From a virus: 64,000 nt of DNA. This document shows positions 40,361 through 48,859 of the stretch, piece by piece. Within the stretch, counting starts at the first letter, position 1, and each line of letters starts with the position of its first letter. Below the pieces are notes generated by a model. That model saw nothing but the letters and a program-made list of their open reading frames with translations, had not been told where the DNA came from and searched no databases. The position numbers and the translations under genes are program-made. The stretch covers positions 8,079-72,078 of the IMG/VR virus record IMGVR_UViG_3300011112_000003; one strand, written 5' to 3'.

Positions 40361-40714
40361 CTCAACCCTCCGTACCTTCGGGCCATTGCTCTTCACAGCG
40401 TGGCCTATATCCCAGCATCTCTTCCACGAACGAGTTCGCCTCCAGCTGCTCCAGCGTCTGTCGCGCATTCAGCACGATCAACCCGAGTGCGTTCTCCCTT
40501 GAGCCGTCACAGTGCTTGTATAGGATAGCGTTGCCGTAGCGCACGCCGCGGTGTCGCGCGGTCCACTGCCTGCCTTCGTACTTGCGGCACTCGGAAATCT
40601 CGAACTCCCGCACGCGGGCCATCCCCAGCACGCGCAGCAAGTCGCGCGGGACGTGGGCGGTGCCTATGTCTGCCGCGGCGTTTGTGATGTCTCGGCCGCG
40701 CCTCTTGGTGCCCA

Positions 40715-41326
40715 CTACCCATCCCTCCCTGGGATAGCGAACACCGCCCGCTTGATCTGCTCCCACTCGGTGCAAGGCCCGCATCCGCGCGGCACTGATG
40801 GATCCGTGGCGCTGGGGTCGTGCTTGTGGTCCGACAGATGCACGAGCCGGGCACGCTCCGCTGCGAGTGCTCGGGCGACGCTGTTGACCGCCTCGGTCAC
40901 CTCCCCCAGTTCGCCGAGTGCTGCGCGGGCTGCGGCGATGTCCGGGGCGCTCGGCGGCTCGGGGATGTTGGTCAGGTCGGGCGCCTCCACCGCTACGCAC
41001 GTAACATCCTCGACAGTGAAGCACGGCGGGTCCAGCCCCATCACGCGCGAATACGCCTCGATCGAGTCGTGCTTCCGTGGTCCCGCCTGATAGGCCGCTC
41101 GGTACGCCCTCCGCTCGATCTCCTGCATGTTGTCCCACACCTGCACCTCGCGACTCGGGTAGCGCATGATGCCCTCAGCCAAGGCGCGGGGGCCAACGTC
41201 AGACTGCAGAGCCTCTTCGATCGAGGCGTATGACCGCAGAGCCCTCTCGAAAGTCATCTTGACTGTGAGCGGCGTTCGCTCAGAGTCGGGCACCTCGGCG
41301 TCGATGGTCGTTGGCGTCTTGGTCAT
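40715..41326 (-). CDS. Hypothetical protein
   Basis: 203 aa, coupled to neighbours. Confidence 0.6.
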   Translation of the reverse strand: MTKTPTTIDAEVPDSERTPLTVKMTFERALRSYASIEEALQSDVGPRALAEGIMRYPSREVQVWDNMQEIERRAYRAAYQAGPRKHDSIEAYSRVMGLDPPCFTVEDVTCVAVEAPDLTNIPEPPSAPDIAAARAALGELGEVTEAVNSVARALAAERARLVHLSDHKHDPSATDPSVPRGCGPCTEWEQIKRAVFAIPGRDG

Positions 41327-41841
41327 CCTATCTTCACCTTCAGCCCTAGTAAGGCGCTGTGATAATCAAACTCCGGGTCAGCCCGCTTCGCCGCACTGAC
41401 GTCGAGACATGCCTGGAAATGCGCATCATCCATGTGTCTCCAGTGCTTCGGCATGTCGACCATCGGGATTTTGTGAACGGACGCATAAAGCGCCATGGCC
41501 TCATCGGAGAGCCGGGTCTTCATCGACGCCGTCACTGAATAGAGGTCGACGGACCCGCCGTCACCGACGCGGGCGGACAACACGTACATCACGTCGTCTT
41601 CGTCCTCTTCCTTGCGGACGAATGCGTCTTGCTTCGAGAACGACACCCCCTTGCGGAGATCGCGGAACCCCACCGCAACCTCAGTGAGGTCTCCACATCT
41701 CACCATGCCGGCTAGCAGTTCGCCAATGTCCCACGGCCAGCAGCACGTCTTAGAGTCGGGCACCTCCGCGCTTTCGGTAGTCGAGTCGATCTTGTTCTTG
41801 CTTGGCTTGTTCACCGGGTCGGTCTTCGAGGGGTCGGTCAT
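41323..41841 (-). CDS. Hypothetical protein
   Basis: 172 aa. Confidence 0.6.
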   Translation of the reverse strand: MTDPSKTDPVNKPSKNKIDSTTESAEVPDSKTCCWPWDIGELLAGMVRCGDLTEVAVGFRDLRKGVSFSKQDAFVRKEEDEDDVMYVLSARVGDGGSVDLYSVTASMKTRLSDEAMALYASVHKIPMVDMPKHWRHMDDAHFQACLDVSAAKRADPEFDYHSALLGLKVKIG

Positions 41842-43576
41842 TTCGGTTCTTTCTCCAGATGCCCTTGTAGGCTCGGTGCAGCATCGAGAACGCGAGTGGG
41901 AACTGCATCATGATAAGCTTGCGCTCGTACAGGTAGAGCCGCGTCAGCTCGGCCGCGTTCTCGATCGGCGCGGTCTGCGCGTAGGGACTCACGAACCCTT
42001 CCCGCTTGCTGACCCCGAACAGTTTCTTGTGCCATTTGATAACCGGCGCTTCTCCACCCCAGCAGTACATGAGCCACACGTTCAGGGAGTGGCCCAACTC
42101 GTGTTCCAGCACATGCTTCAGGCGTGCCAACGGTAGTGTACCGGATACTCGGATTTCGTTGCCGGTCCAGTAGGCGAGGTCGTGGTCCTCCATGGCGTTG
42201 TCGACGCGCGGTTGGTCTTCGCAGATAAGCGTGACACCCACGCGCCTGTCGAATATCTCGGGAGGCGTTCGGTCTATCACCGCCTGGGCCACAGACAGCT
42301 TCTGCGGATCACCTATGCGGATGGCGCAACCACGCTCGGGCACGACGTTCCCCCAGGTCAGGTGCGCTTTGCGTAGGTCGCCCGGTAGCAGCTGCGAGCG
42401 CAACAGACTCTGCGGCATGAGATCGCCATCTTCGTTGAAGCCCCAGCCGTTCGGTACATGGATAAGTTCGCAAGAACACCAAGGGTGGATAGGGCCTATC
42501 GTCGCTTGCCACGCGCTTTGCTTCTTACCGACGTTCGTGCCGTTCGCCTGTAGCTCGGACAGCTTGAAGATACGCAGGGGCGAGCCTTCACCGGAGGTGT
42601 AGTGAAGGGCCACGCACCTCGGACAGGCGCCGGGCGATGGTTGCTTCGCCACATTGATTTCGTCTGGGTCGCCCTCGCGTTCGATGAGCCCTGCGGTGAG
42701 CCCCTGCTGCATGGCGCTCTGCTTCTCGGTTGCTGAGATACGCTTGAAGTCTCGCGCCCAGTCCTGCGTGCGGTGCCCGAGGTCGCTCGCCAGCTTCCGC
42801 CAACTCTCCTGGCGCTCGATGTTCATATCCAACTCGTCGCGCACATCCGCCTGATATTTCGCGCGCAGCACAGCATCCGCCTCGACCGCGATGGTACTGA
42901 AGTCGTCGCCCACTCGGTTGCCCAGGCCTACGATGGTGTTCGCCGCATTGCCCGATGCCCAGGTGCGCGCGGCCTGCTCTTGGGTAGATAGGGTTGGGTC
43001 GCCGTACTTGGTGCGCCAGGGGTCCACGCCCAAGGTTGCCGCCTGTCCGCGCAGTTGCGGATCGCGTCCCATGGATATCCCGTAGTTGTACGCATCCGCG
43101 ATGGCCTGCGCGCTCGGTGGGGCAGTCTCGCCGGGCTCGGCCTGGTAGCTGGCCTTCATGTCCTGTGGGAGCACGCCGCTGTCGATGAGCCGCTGGATAT
43201 CCGCAGCGTCCACGTACTCCCCGCCCACCTGCGTCGCGATGAACGCTAGGTGGTAGTCGTTCACGATCCTGCGTATCTCCCGCAGGTGCTCCGGGTTGGC
43301 GATGGGGTCGTAGGGGCCCTCCGCCTTCTTCAGGCTATCATGGACTATCTTGGACTCCGCGTAATCGCGGATAACGCTGAGCATCTTATCTAGTTGCTTG
43401 CGGTATGCGCGCTCGAACTGCTCCGCGGACTGCTGCATTGCCTTGTAGTGCTGGAAAGTCCGCTCGGAGTACTTCACGCGCTCGGCTTTCAAGAGATACT
43501 CCGGGCCCATCACGTACTGCGCGAGTTCTAGGCGGTCCATGTCTGCTGGGGCGTCTATTGAGATATGTTTGGTCAT
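41750..43576 (-). CDS. MuF / SPP1 gp7-like head morphogenesis protein with C-terminal zincin metallopeptidase domain
   Basis: 'RDFKRISATE', 'ACPRC', 'GPIHPWCSC' (MuF); 'LEHELGH' (HExxH) plus 'FVSPYAQTAPIENAAE'. Confidence 0.85.
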   Translation of the reverse strand: MTKHISIDAPADMDRLELAQYVMGPEYLLKAERVKYSERTFQHYKAMQQSAEQFERAYRKQLDKMLSVIRDYAESKIVHDSLKKAEGPYDPIANPEHLREIRRIVNDYHLAFIATQVGGEYVDAADIQRLIDSGVLPQDMKASYQAEPGETAPPSAQAIADAYNYGISMGRDPQLRGQAATLGVDPWRTKYGDPTLSTQEQAARTWASGNAANTIVGLGNRVGDDFSTIAVEADAVLRAKYQADVRDELDMNIERQESWRKLASDLGHRTQDWARDFKRISATEKQSAMQQGLTAGLIEREGDPDEINVAKQPSPGACPRCVALHYTSGEGSPLRIFKLSELQANGTNVGKKQSAWQATIGPIHPWCSCELIHVPNGWGFNEDGDLMPQSLLRSQLLPGDLRKAHLTWGNVVPERGCAIRIGDPQKLSVAQAVIDRTPPEIFDRRVGVTLICEDQPRVDNAMEDHDLAYWTGNEIRVSGTLPLARLKHVLEHELGHSLNVWLMYCWGGEAPVIKWHKKLFGVSKREGFVSPYAQTAPIENAAELTRLYLYERKLIMMQFPLAFSMLHRAYKGIWRKNRNDRPLEDRPGEQAKQEQDRLDYRKRGGARL

Positions 43577-43773
43577 GGCAGCATGCTTCCCATCCCGCAA
43601 CCGAAGTTCCGCAGCTTGGCCTCGGCTCTCGTGATGCCCTCGCGGTCAGCCCGCTCCTGGTGGATGTCCCGCCCCGGGCTCTTGGTTGGGAGGTAGATCC
43701 GAGGCAGTCCTCGCGCTCCCCTGTTCCTCCGCATGCGGATGGCAAAGGCTTCGTTGGATAGGTTCTTAGTCAT
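43573..43773 (-). CDS. Leader-array protein 1
   Basis: MTKNLSNEAFAIRMRRNRGA; stop overlaps the MuF ATG. Confidence 0.75.
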   Translation of the reverse strand: MTKNLSNEAFAIRMRRNRGARGLPRIYLPTKSPGRDIHQERADREGITRAEAKLRNFGCGMGSMLP

Positions 43774-44099
43774 GAGTCCGATACCAATGATAGGGGGATG
43801 TTGATTGTCTTCGAGAAGATAACGAGGTCGCTCAGGCGCATGCTGACTTCGACGACTCCCGGTGATGTCTCGACCACCTCCGCAGACACCACCCCAGGCA
43901 TGGCCTCGACGCTCTTCTTGATGCCTCCCACAGTGGGCTTCCGCCATGGCCCTGCGCCCAGCATCAAGGCCTCCCACTGCTCAATGAACTCCGCGTACTG
44001 CTCCCCCTTTGTCATGACCGGTACACGGATCAGTCGCGGCTCTCCACGTTGCTCCCGCATACGATCTGCGTAGTCGTCGTTGGATAGGTTGTTCGTCAT
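43770..44099 (-). CDS. Leader-array protein 2 (baseplate-J/POTRA-like body)
   Basis: MTNNLSNDDYADRMREQRGE; body IKKSVEAMPGVVSAEVVETSPGVVEV. Confidence 0.75.
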   Translation of the reverse strand: MTNNLSNDDYADRMREQRGEPRLIRVPVMTKGEQYAEFIEQWEALMLGAGPWRKPTVGGIKKSVEAMPGVVSAEVVETSPGVVEVSMRLSDLVIFSKTINIPLSLVSDS

Positions 44100-44103
44100 T
44101 ATC

Positions 44104-44400
44104 TTAGGCCGTGTCCATACGTATCGTGAAGGACTGAATACTAGGCGCAGGGTCTCGGAGCCGCAGCTCGACGATGACCTCCCCTGGCACCCCACGAGTC
44201 ACCTTCGCACTCTCCACTCTGGGCATGCGTGCGGCAGCTTCTTTGATGTCGCTCAATGTCGGCGCCGGGGGGCGGAACAGCCCCGGCGAGAAGGCGCGGA
44301 TGTCTAGTAGGGGTGTGGACGACACCGGGAGCTTCGGTGGCTCCCCCCGTTGACGCCGGGCATGCTCGGCGAACTCCCTGTTGGATAGATCGTTGGTCAT
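44104..44400 (-). CDS. Leader-array protein 3 (baseplate-J/POTRA-like body)
   Basis: MTNDLSNREFAEHARRQRGE; body IKEAAARMPRVESAKVTRGVPGEVIVEL. Confidence 0.75.
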   Translation of the reverse strand: MTNDLSNREFAEHARRQRGEPPKLPVSSTPLLDIRAFSPGLFRPPAPTLSDIKEAAARMPRVESAKVTRGVPGEVIVELRLRDPAPSIQSFTIRMDTA

Positions 44401-44777
44401 GTCTTGTACTCCCGGATCACAGACTGCTTCGCGCCAAAATCCCATCCCAGGTAGTAGGTTGACCGTCGGTCGTAGTCGCGGGCCTCCGGGTTGGTCTTCA
44501 GGGGCTTCATGGGCATGCATACGGGTCGGTGGGTGTCCATCCAGCGCAAGGCTTGGATGTCTACCTGGCCTCGACTGAACCACGCCGCTCCTGGCTCTCT
44601 CCATGCCCGCTGTAATGCGGCTATCTCAGCATAGGCATCGGACAGGAGCATCACACGGCGGCCCCCTTGCTCGTCGTCGTACTCCAGTACGCAGTTGTCC
44701 GGCAGTGGGTAGAGTCTGAGTCCTGCGATCAGGATGTTGGTGCGGCCCTCCATCGGGGCTCTGGGATGTCTGGTCAT
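44397..44777 (-). CDS. Hypothetical protein inside the array, lacking the leader
   Basis: ATGA-coupled on both sides. Confidence 0.6.
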   Translation of the reverse strand: MTRHPRAPMEGRTNILIAGLRLYPLPDNCVLEYDDEQGGRRVMLLSDAYAEIAALQRAWREPGAAWFSRGQVDIQALRWMDTHRPVCMPMKPLKTNPEARDYDRRSTYYLGWDFGAKQSVIREYKT

Positions 44778-45148
44778 ATCTGCCTTCCAAGGTTCTGCCA
44801 GCCATCGGGCTCATGGTACTTGAGGAATGTGACGCGCCATAGGTCGGGGCCCGCCTCGCCCACGTGTAGCTTCACGTGGCTCACCAGTTCGCTCAGGTGG
44901 ACTACGCAATGGGACTTGTTCGAGATAGGCGAGCCGCGCTCGTCGGTGGGGCGCAATAGGATGCAGTCCTTAGGCAGTCCGATATCCTTTGCGAACTGCG
45001 GTAGCTCCGTGTGCTTGGGGGTCCAGGCGAGTACCCACATGGTGCGTCCGCGGATGGGTGGCGGGGCCTGCCCTCGCTTACACCGTTGGCGGCTGGCGAA
45101 GTCTTCGTTGGATAGACCTCGGGTCATGCGGTCCTCGATGTGCTTCAC
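44774..45148 (-). CDS. Leader-array protein 4
   Basis: (MKHIEDR)MTRGLSNEDFASRQRCKRGQ; GPDLWRVTF. Confidence 0.75.
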   Translation of the reverse strand: MKHIEDRMTRGLSNEDFASRQRCKRGQAPPPIRGRTMWVLAWTPKHTELPQFAKDIGLPKDCILLRPTDERGSPISNKSHCVVHLSELVSHVKLHVGEAGPDLWRVTFLKYHEPDGWQNLGRQI

Positions 45149-45606
45149 GTAGCGTACCCATCACAGGGCGTGACATGGCTCAGCCCCGCCAGCCCACATG
45201 CTGCATGGACTACCGACTGTAGGACTATGTTTTCCCTGCGCTCGCTGGCGTAGGGCTGGCGGTTGAGTTGGATAAGGCGGCCTTCAGGGCTCACCATGTT
45301 GACCGTGTACTGGTCGTCGTCATTGCCGGAACCGGGCCCGCTGAGCAACCCCGCGTTCAATGCCTTGACGTTCAGGAACGGACCGAAGCCATCGGAGATA
45401 AAGGCATGCTCCTTTTTCTCTGCATCCCACAGCGCCCACCTACCCGTGGCGATAGCGATGCTGTAGGTAAGCCTGTTTAGGTCGAGGGTCACTAGCCCGC
45501 CGGCTAGGCACTGTGTCATGACGACGGGTGGCCAGAACAATTGAGGCTCCCCTCGCCTCTCACGCATACGACTGGCAAAGTCTTCGTCGGATAAGTCTTG
45601 AGTCAT
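45145..45606 (-). CDS. Leader-array protein 5
   Basis: MTQDLSDEDFASRMRERRGE. Confidence 0.75.
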   Translation of the reverse strand: MTQDLSDEDFASRMRERRGEPQLFWPPVVMTQCLAGGLVTLDLNRLTYSIAIATGRWALWDAEKKEHAFISDGFGPFLNVKALNAGLLSGPGSGNDDDQYTVNMVSPEGRLIQLNRQPYASERRENIVLQSVVHAACGLAGLSHVTPCDGYAT

Positions 45607-45977
45607 AGCCGCTTGATGTCCAAGGTGGAGTGGTCGCCGGGGGGCACGATGGCATTCCTGCATTTCAGCTGAATCCGCGTAGGTACGTCGAACACCCAAG
45701 TCCCCCACAACCGCACAACTGCCGCCGGGCCACGCGCGGGGTGTGCGCTCGCAATAAAAATCCCTGTCGTGGCGTTGCTGAGATGCAGCGATGGAACAGC
45801 GCCTTCGTCACCCCAGCCCAGCATGGCCATGGCCGTGATCCTGTAGCTGCCGGGCGAATGGATGTCCGCACTCAGCAGCGTCTGCCACATCGGTGATTGC
45901 TGCTGCTGCTTCGGCAGTTCCCCCCGCTGCGCTCTCATGCGCTCGGCGTACGCTTCGTTGGATAGGCTTTGAGTCAT
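45603..45977 (-). CDS. Leader-array protein 6 (beta-sandwich body)
   Basis: MTQSLSNEAYAERMRAQRGE. Confidence 0.75.
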   Translation of the reverse strand: MTQSLSNEAYAERMRAQRGELPKQQQQSPMWQTLLSADIHSPGSYRITAMAMLGWGDEGAVPSLHLSNATTGIFIASAHPARGPAAVVRLWGTWVFDVPTRIQLKCRNAIVPPGDHSTLDIKRL

Positions 45978-46306
45978 TTCGATGGCTCGCAGCCAGGCCT
46001 GAACGTGACTTGCCAAATGTCCGGCCCGTCATCGCTCACTTCCACTTCATCCGCGTGGCTCCAGTGGCTCTCATGGACTGCCCGGAACCGGGCATCCGGT
46101 AGGGCAGCTCCCCTAGCGTCGCATTCGAGCATCACGACGAAACCATTCTCAAAGCCGGGGCTCGGACGGAATTCCTCGGGCAGATCCTTGTGATGCCTGC
46201 GCCACACCTGCATGCGGACTGGGCCCCGGCCCAATCGCTTGGGCGGCTCTCCCCTGTTGCTCCGCATGCGCGCCGCATAGCTGCTGTTGGATAATGCACG
46301 GGTCAT
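45974..46306 (-). CDS. Leader-array protein 7
   Basis: MTRALSNSSYAARMRSNRGE; GPDIWQVTF. Confidence 0.75.
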   Translation of the reverse strand: MTRALSNSSYAARMRSNRGEPPKRLGRGPVRMQVWRRHHKDLPEEFRPSPGFENGFVVMLECDARGAALPDARFRAVHESHWSHADEVEVSDDGPDIWQVTFRPGCEPSK

Positions 46307-46767
46307 CGGCGCGGCCGCTGCGTGATCTGCGCGTCTCCCACCGCCATCGCTTCGGCAAGATCTGTTACCCCCTGCTTTACTGTGATGGTGGCGATCAACA
46401 CCGCGGACATCAAATCGGGGTGCTCGACGTATGGCTCTGTATCAAAGGCAACTGCTGCTTCAGAGAGAGAGTCGTACACCACGAGCCCGTACACTGCGGT
46501 TGTGATGCCCTCCTTCCGCCAGTGGTACACCCGCTGGTTGTGGAACTTGCCTTCCGGAACGGGTACGGGCTCGGGCGCCCACGGGGGTTGGTAACGCTCA
46601 GGATCTATATCCTCACCCCGCTCGCCCCGAAAGGTCAGGTCACCGTCCGCGTTGACAAATGCGCAAGTCAACCCGGGCAACTCAGGCAGTCCCAGCGCCA
46701 GTGGCGATTCCCCACGCTTCCCACGCATGAGATTGGCGAATGCTGCGTTAGATAGGCCCTGGGTCAT
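46303..46767 (-). CDS. Leader-array protein 8 (body similar to a domain of the 1033-aa virion protein)
   Basis: MTQGLSNAAFANLMRGKRGE. Confidence 0.75.
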   Translation of the reverse strand: MTQGLSNAAFANLMRGKRGESPLALGLPELPGLTCAFVNADGDLTFRGERGEDIDPERYQPPWAPEPVPVPEGKFHNQRVYHWRKEGITTAVYGLVVYDSLSEAAVAFDTEPYVEHPDLMSAVLIATITVKQGVTDLAEAMAVGDAQITQRPRR

Positions 46768-47123
46768 ACCATCCACTTCCCCATGCTCGTAGTCCAGCCC
46801 GGCGGGGTGAGTCCGGGCAGGAAGGATATCTCGCAGATGTCGGGCTGCTCTGGCAGCAGGCTCCGGGCCTTGAACTTGAACCGCGCCTCATCCAAATCGG
46901 TCCAGGGCACCACAAATCGTTGGATGCTTCGGATCCACGCCCCGTTATCCCACACCATCGTGACCATCATCTCGTCTTCGCCTATCTCGCCCCATGGGCA
47001 GCCCACCGGCAGTACGTGCGTGCTGCAGTGCATGGTCGCTTGGAACCACCAGCGTCTGATAGGTTCTTCGCGTTTGCTCCGCATGTGGTTGGCGAACGCA
47101 TTGGGGGATAGGTCTTGGGTCAC
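46764..47123 (-). CDS. Leader-array protein 9
   Basis: GTG start, MTQDLSPNAFANHMRSKREE; QPDICEISF. Confidence 0.72.
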   Translation of the reverse strand: MTQDLSPNAFANHMRSKREEPIRRWWFQATMHCSTHVLPVGCPWGEIGEDEMMVTMVWDNGAWIRSIQRFVVPWTDLDEARFKFKARSLLPEQPDICEISFLPGLTPPGWTTSMGKWMV

Positions 47124-47497
47124 AGGCGCCCGTACTCTTCCACGAGCAGTCGCGGTGATCCGCCGCGCACCAACCCCCCAGTCACCCGCATGTATATCTT
47201 GCGGTCCATGGCCCATGCGTATCGATCGCTGAGCGCCATGGTGTGCCATTCATCGGCGGGCACCGTCATGCGTATCTCCTGAAGCAGACCCGACATATCA
47301 TACAAGCTGAGGATGACTTCGCCCGGGCCCCGCACAATGACACTGACCGTCACACAGTAGGTGTTCCCATCGCCCGGTACGATGGCCTCACCCAGGTTGT
47401 TGATATTGAACTTTGGGGCGGGCAAGCGCATCAGGGGCTCCCCACGGCGCGCCCGCATGTGATTCGCATAGCGCAGGTTGGATAGGCTTTGGGTCAC
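47120..47497 (-). CDS. Leader-array protein 10 (paralog of 11)
   Basis: GTG start, MTQSLSNLRYANHMRARRGE. Confidence 0.75.
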   Translation of the reverse strand: MTQSLSNLRYANHMRARRGEPLMRLPAPKFNINNLGEAIVPGDGNTYCVTVSVIVRGPGEVILSLYDMSGLLQEIRMTVPADEWHTMALSDRYAWAMDRKIYMRVTGGLVRGGSPRLLVEEYGRL

Positions 47498-47892
47498 GCG
47501 ATGGGCTCCACGAGTATGCGCCACGATCCTTCGCGCACCGTACCCCCGGTCACGCGCAGGTAGATCTTGCGGTCCGAGCTGCAGGTGTAGTGATGGCGGA
47601 GCCCCACGACGCGCCACGAGTCGCTGTCCAGATCCTCGCGCCAATCCTCCAGCATGCCCGCCCTGTCGTACAGCCCTACGATGACGGCGCTGGGGCCCTT
47701 CACCCAGAGGGAGCCCTTCACGTGGACATGCGCCATCACGCTGTATGTCCTCATGTCCCCCGTGATCGTGGCCTCTGCTACGTTATTGATATTGAACGGC
47801 TGTTGGATAGGAGCGGGCTCCGGTGGCTGCCCGCGGAGTAGGCGCATGTGCTCGGCGTACGCCCCGTCGGATAAGGTCGTTGTGTCTACCAT
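47494..47892 (-). CDS. Leader-array protein 11 (paralog of 10)
   Basis: MVDTTTLSDGAYAEHMRLLRGQ. Confidence 0.75.
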   Translation of the reverse strand: MVDTTTLSDGAYAEHMRLLRGQPPEPAPIQQPFNINNVAEATITGDMRTYSVMAHVHVKGSLWVKGPSAVIVGLYDRAGMLEDWREDLDSDSWRVVGLRHHYTCSSDRKIYLRVTGGTVREGSWRILVEPIA

Positions 47893-48284
47893 TCGCTGCA
47901 CGCTATGACTGTAGGGTTGGGGCCGGGCGTGTTCAGGAACGCGGTCCACATGTTGGTGACTCCCTTGTCCTCATCATCGTGATATTTGATGGTCAGTGCT
48001 TCGATGCGCCCGATCGAACTCGTCTCGCATTGCGACTCACGGCCCCAGTCCAGCTCCTCGGCGCTTTTCCAGGCCAGATCCGTCACAGCCGCCATGTCGG
48101 TGGTGTCGCCGCCTATCCACCACCGCACGTCCTCAATCTCCACCACGAACAATGTGTAGCCCTGCCTGTGGTGCCGCTCGCGCATCGGGTCGCTATGGAT
48201 AAGGCCTGCCTGCACTTGCCGCCTGCGTATCCTGAAGCGCACCGCGAGCGCATCGTTGGTGAGGTGGCGCGTGTCGTAGGGCAT
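47886..48284 (-). CDS. Leader-array protein 12 (divergent leader)
   Basis: MPYDTRHLTNDALAVRFRIRRRQ. Confidence 0.65.
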   Translation of the reverse strand: MPYDTRHLTNDALAVRFRIRRRQVQAGLIHSDPMRERHHRQGYTLFVVEIEDVRWWIGGDTTDMAAVTDLAWKSAEELDWGRESQCETSSIGRIEALTIKYHDDEDKGVTNMWTAFLNTPGPNPTVIACSEW

Positions 48285-48286
48285 TA

Positions 48287-48859
48287 CTACGCCAAACTCA
48301 GGGTGTGCCGGTGGAACGCGACGTCCATGGGGGCGAGGTACCAGAAGGTCAACGACACCACGGCCGTGTCTCGACTCTTCTGGTCGATATCCCCGACCTG
48401 GACTTCACGTATCTCACGGATGGCGGGTATGTCGCACAGCGCTACCAGCATGTCCCGCTCGGTAGGCTTACGTTCGGATATCACGTCCACCGAGCCCGAC
48501 CACTGGCGCCAAGTGCGCATGTCCGGCCGTAGCACGAACGGCACGCGCGAGAAGTCTACGTCGATTCCGTGAATGTCCGGCCAATAGCTGATCATGGTTC
48601 GCTGTTGGCCCGATGTGCTGGTGACCGTGCGGACCTTCAAGACCATGCTCGGGTTCCCAGGCAGGCCCGTGCCTAGGAGGGCCACAACCGAGCGTAGGAT
48701 ATCGTCTGGGTCTGCATTGGTGTCGAGGAAGCGATCGGCATGCACAAGCGCAACGCACCCCGCCCATACACGCGCGCCATGAGGGATGGGATCCAGCGGG
48801 TGCTTGCGAGTCGCACGCATGTGGCGCGCGAAGTCCTGATTGGATAGCGCGAGGGTCAC
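48287..48859 (-). CDS. Leader-array protein 13
   Basis: GTG start, MTLALSNQDFARHMRATRKH. Confidence 0.72.
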   Translation of the reverse strand: MTLALSNQDFARHMRATRKHPLDPIPHGARVWAGCVALVHADRFLDTNADPDDILRSVVALLGTGLPGNPSMVLKVRTVTSTSGQQRTMISYWPDIHGIDVDFSRVPFVLRPDMRTWRQWSGSVDVISERKPTERDMLVALCDIPAIREIREVQVGDIDQKSRDTAVVSLTFWYLAPMDVAFHRHTLSLA

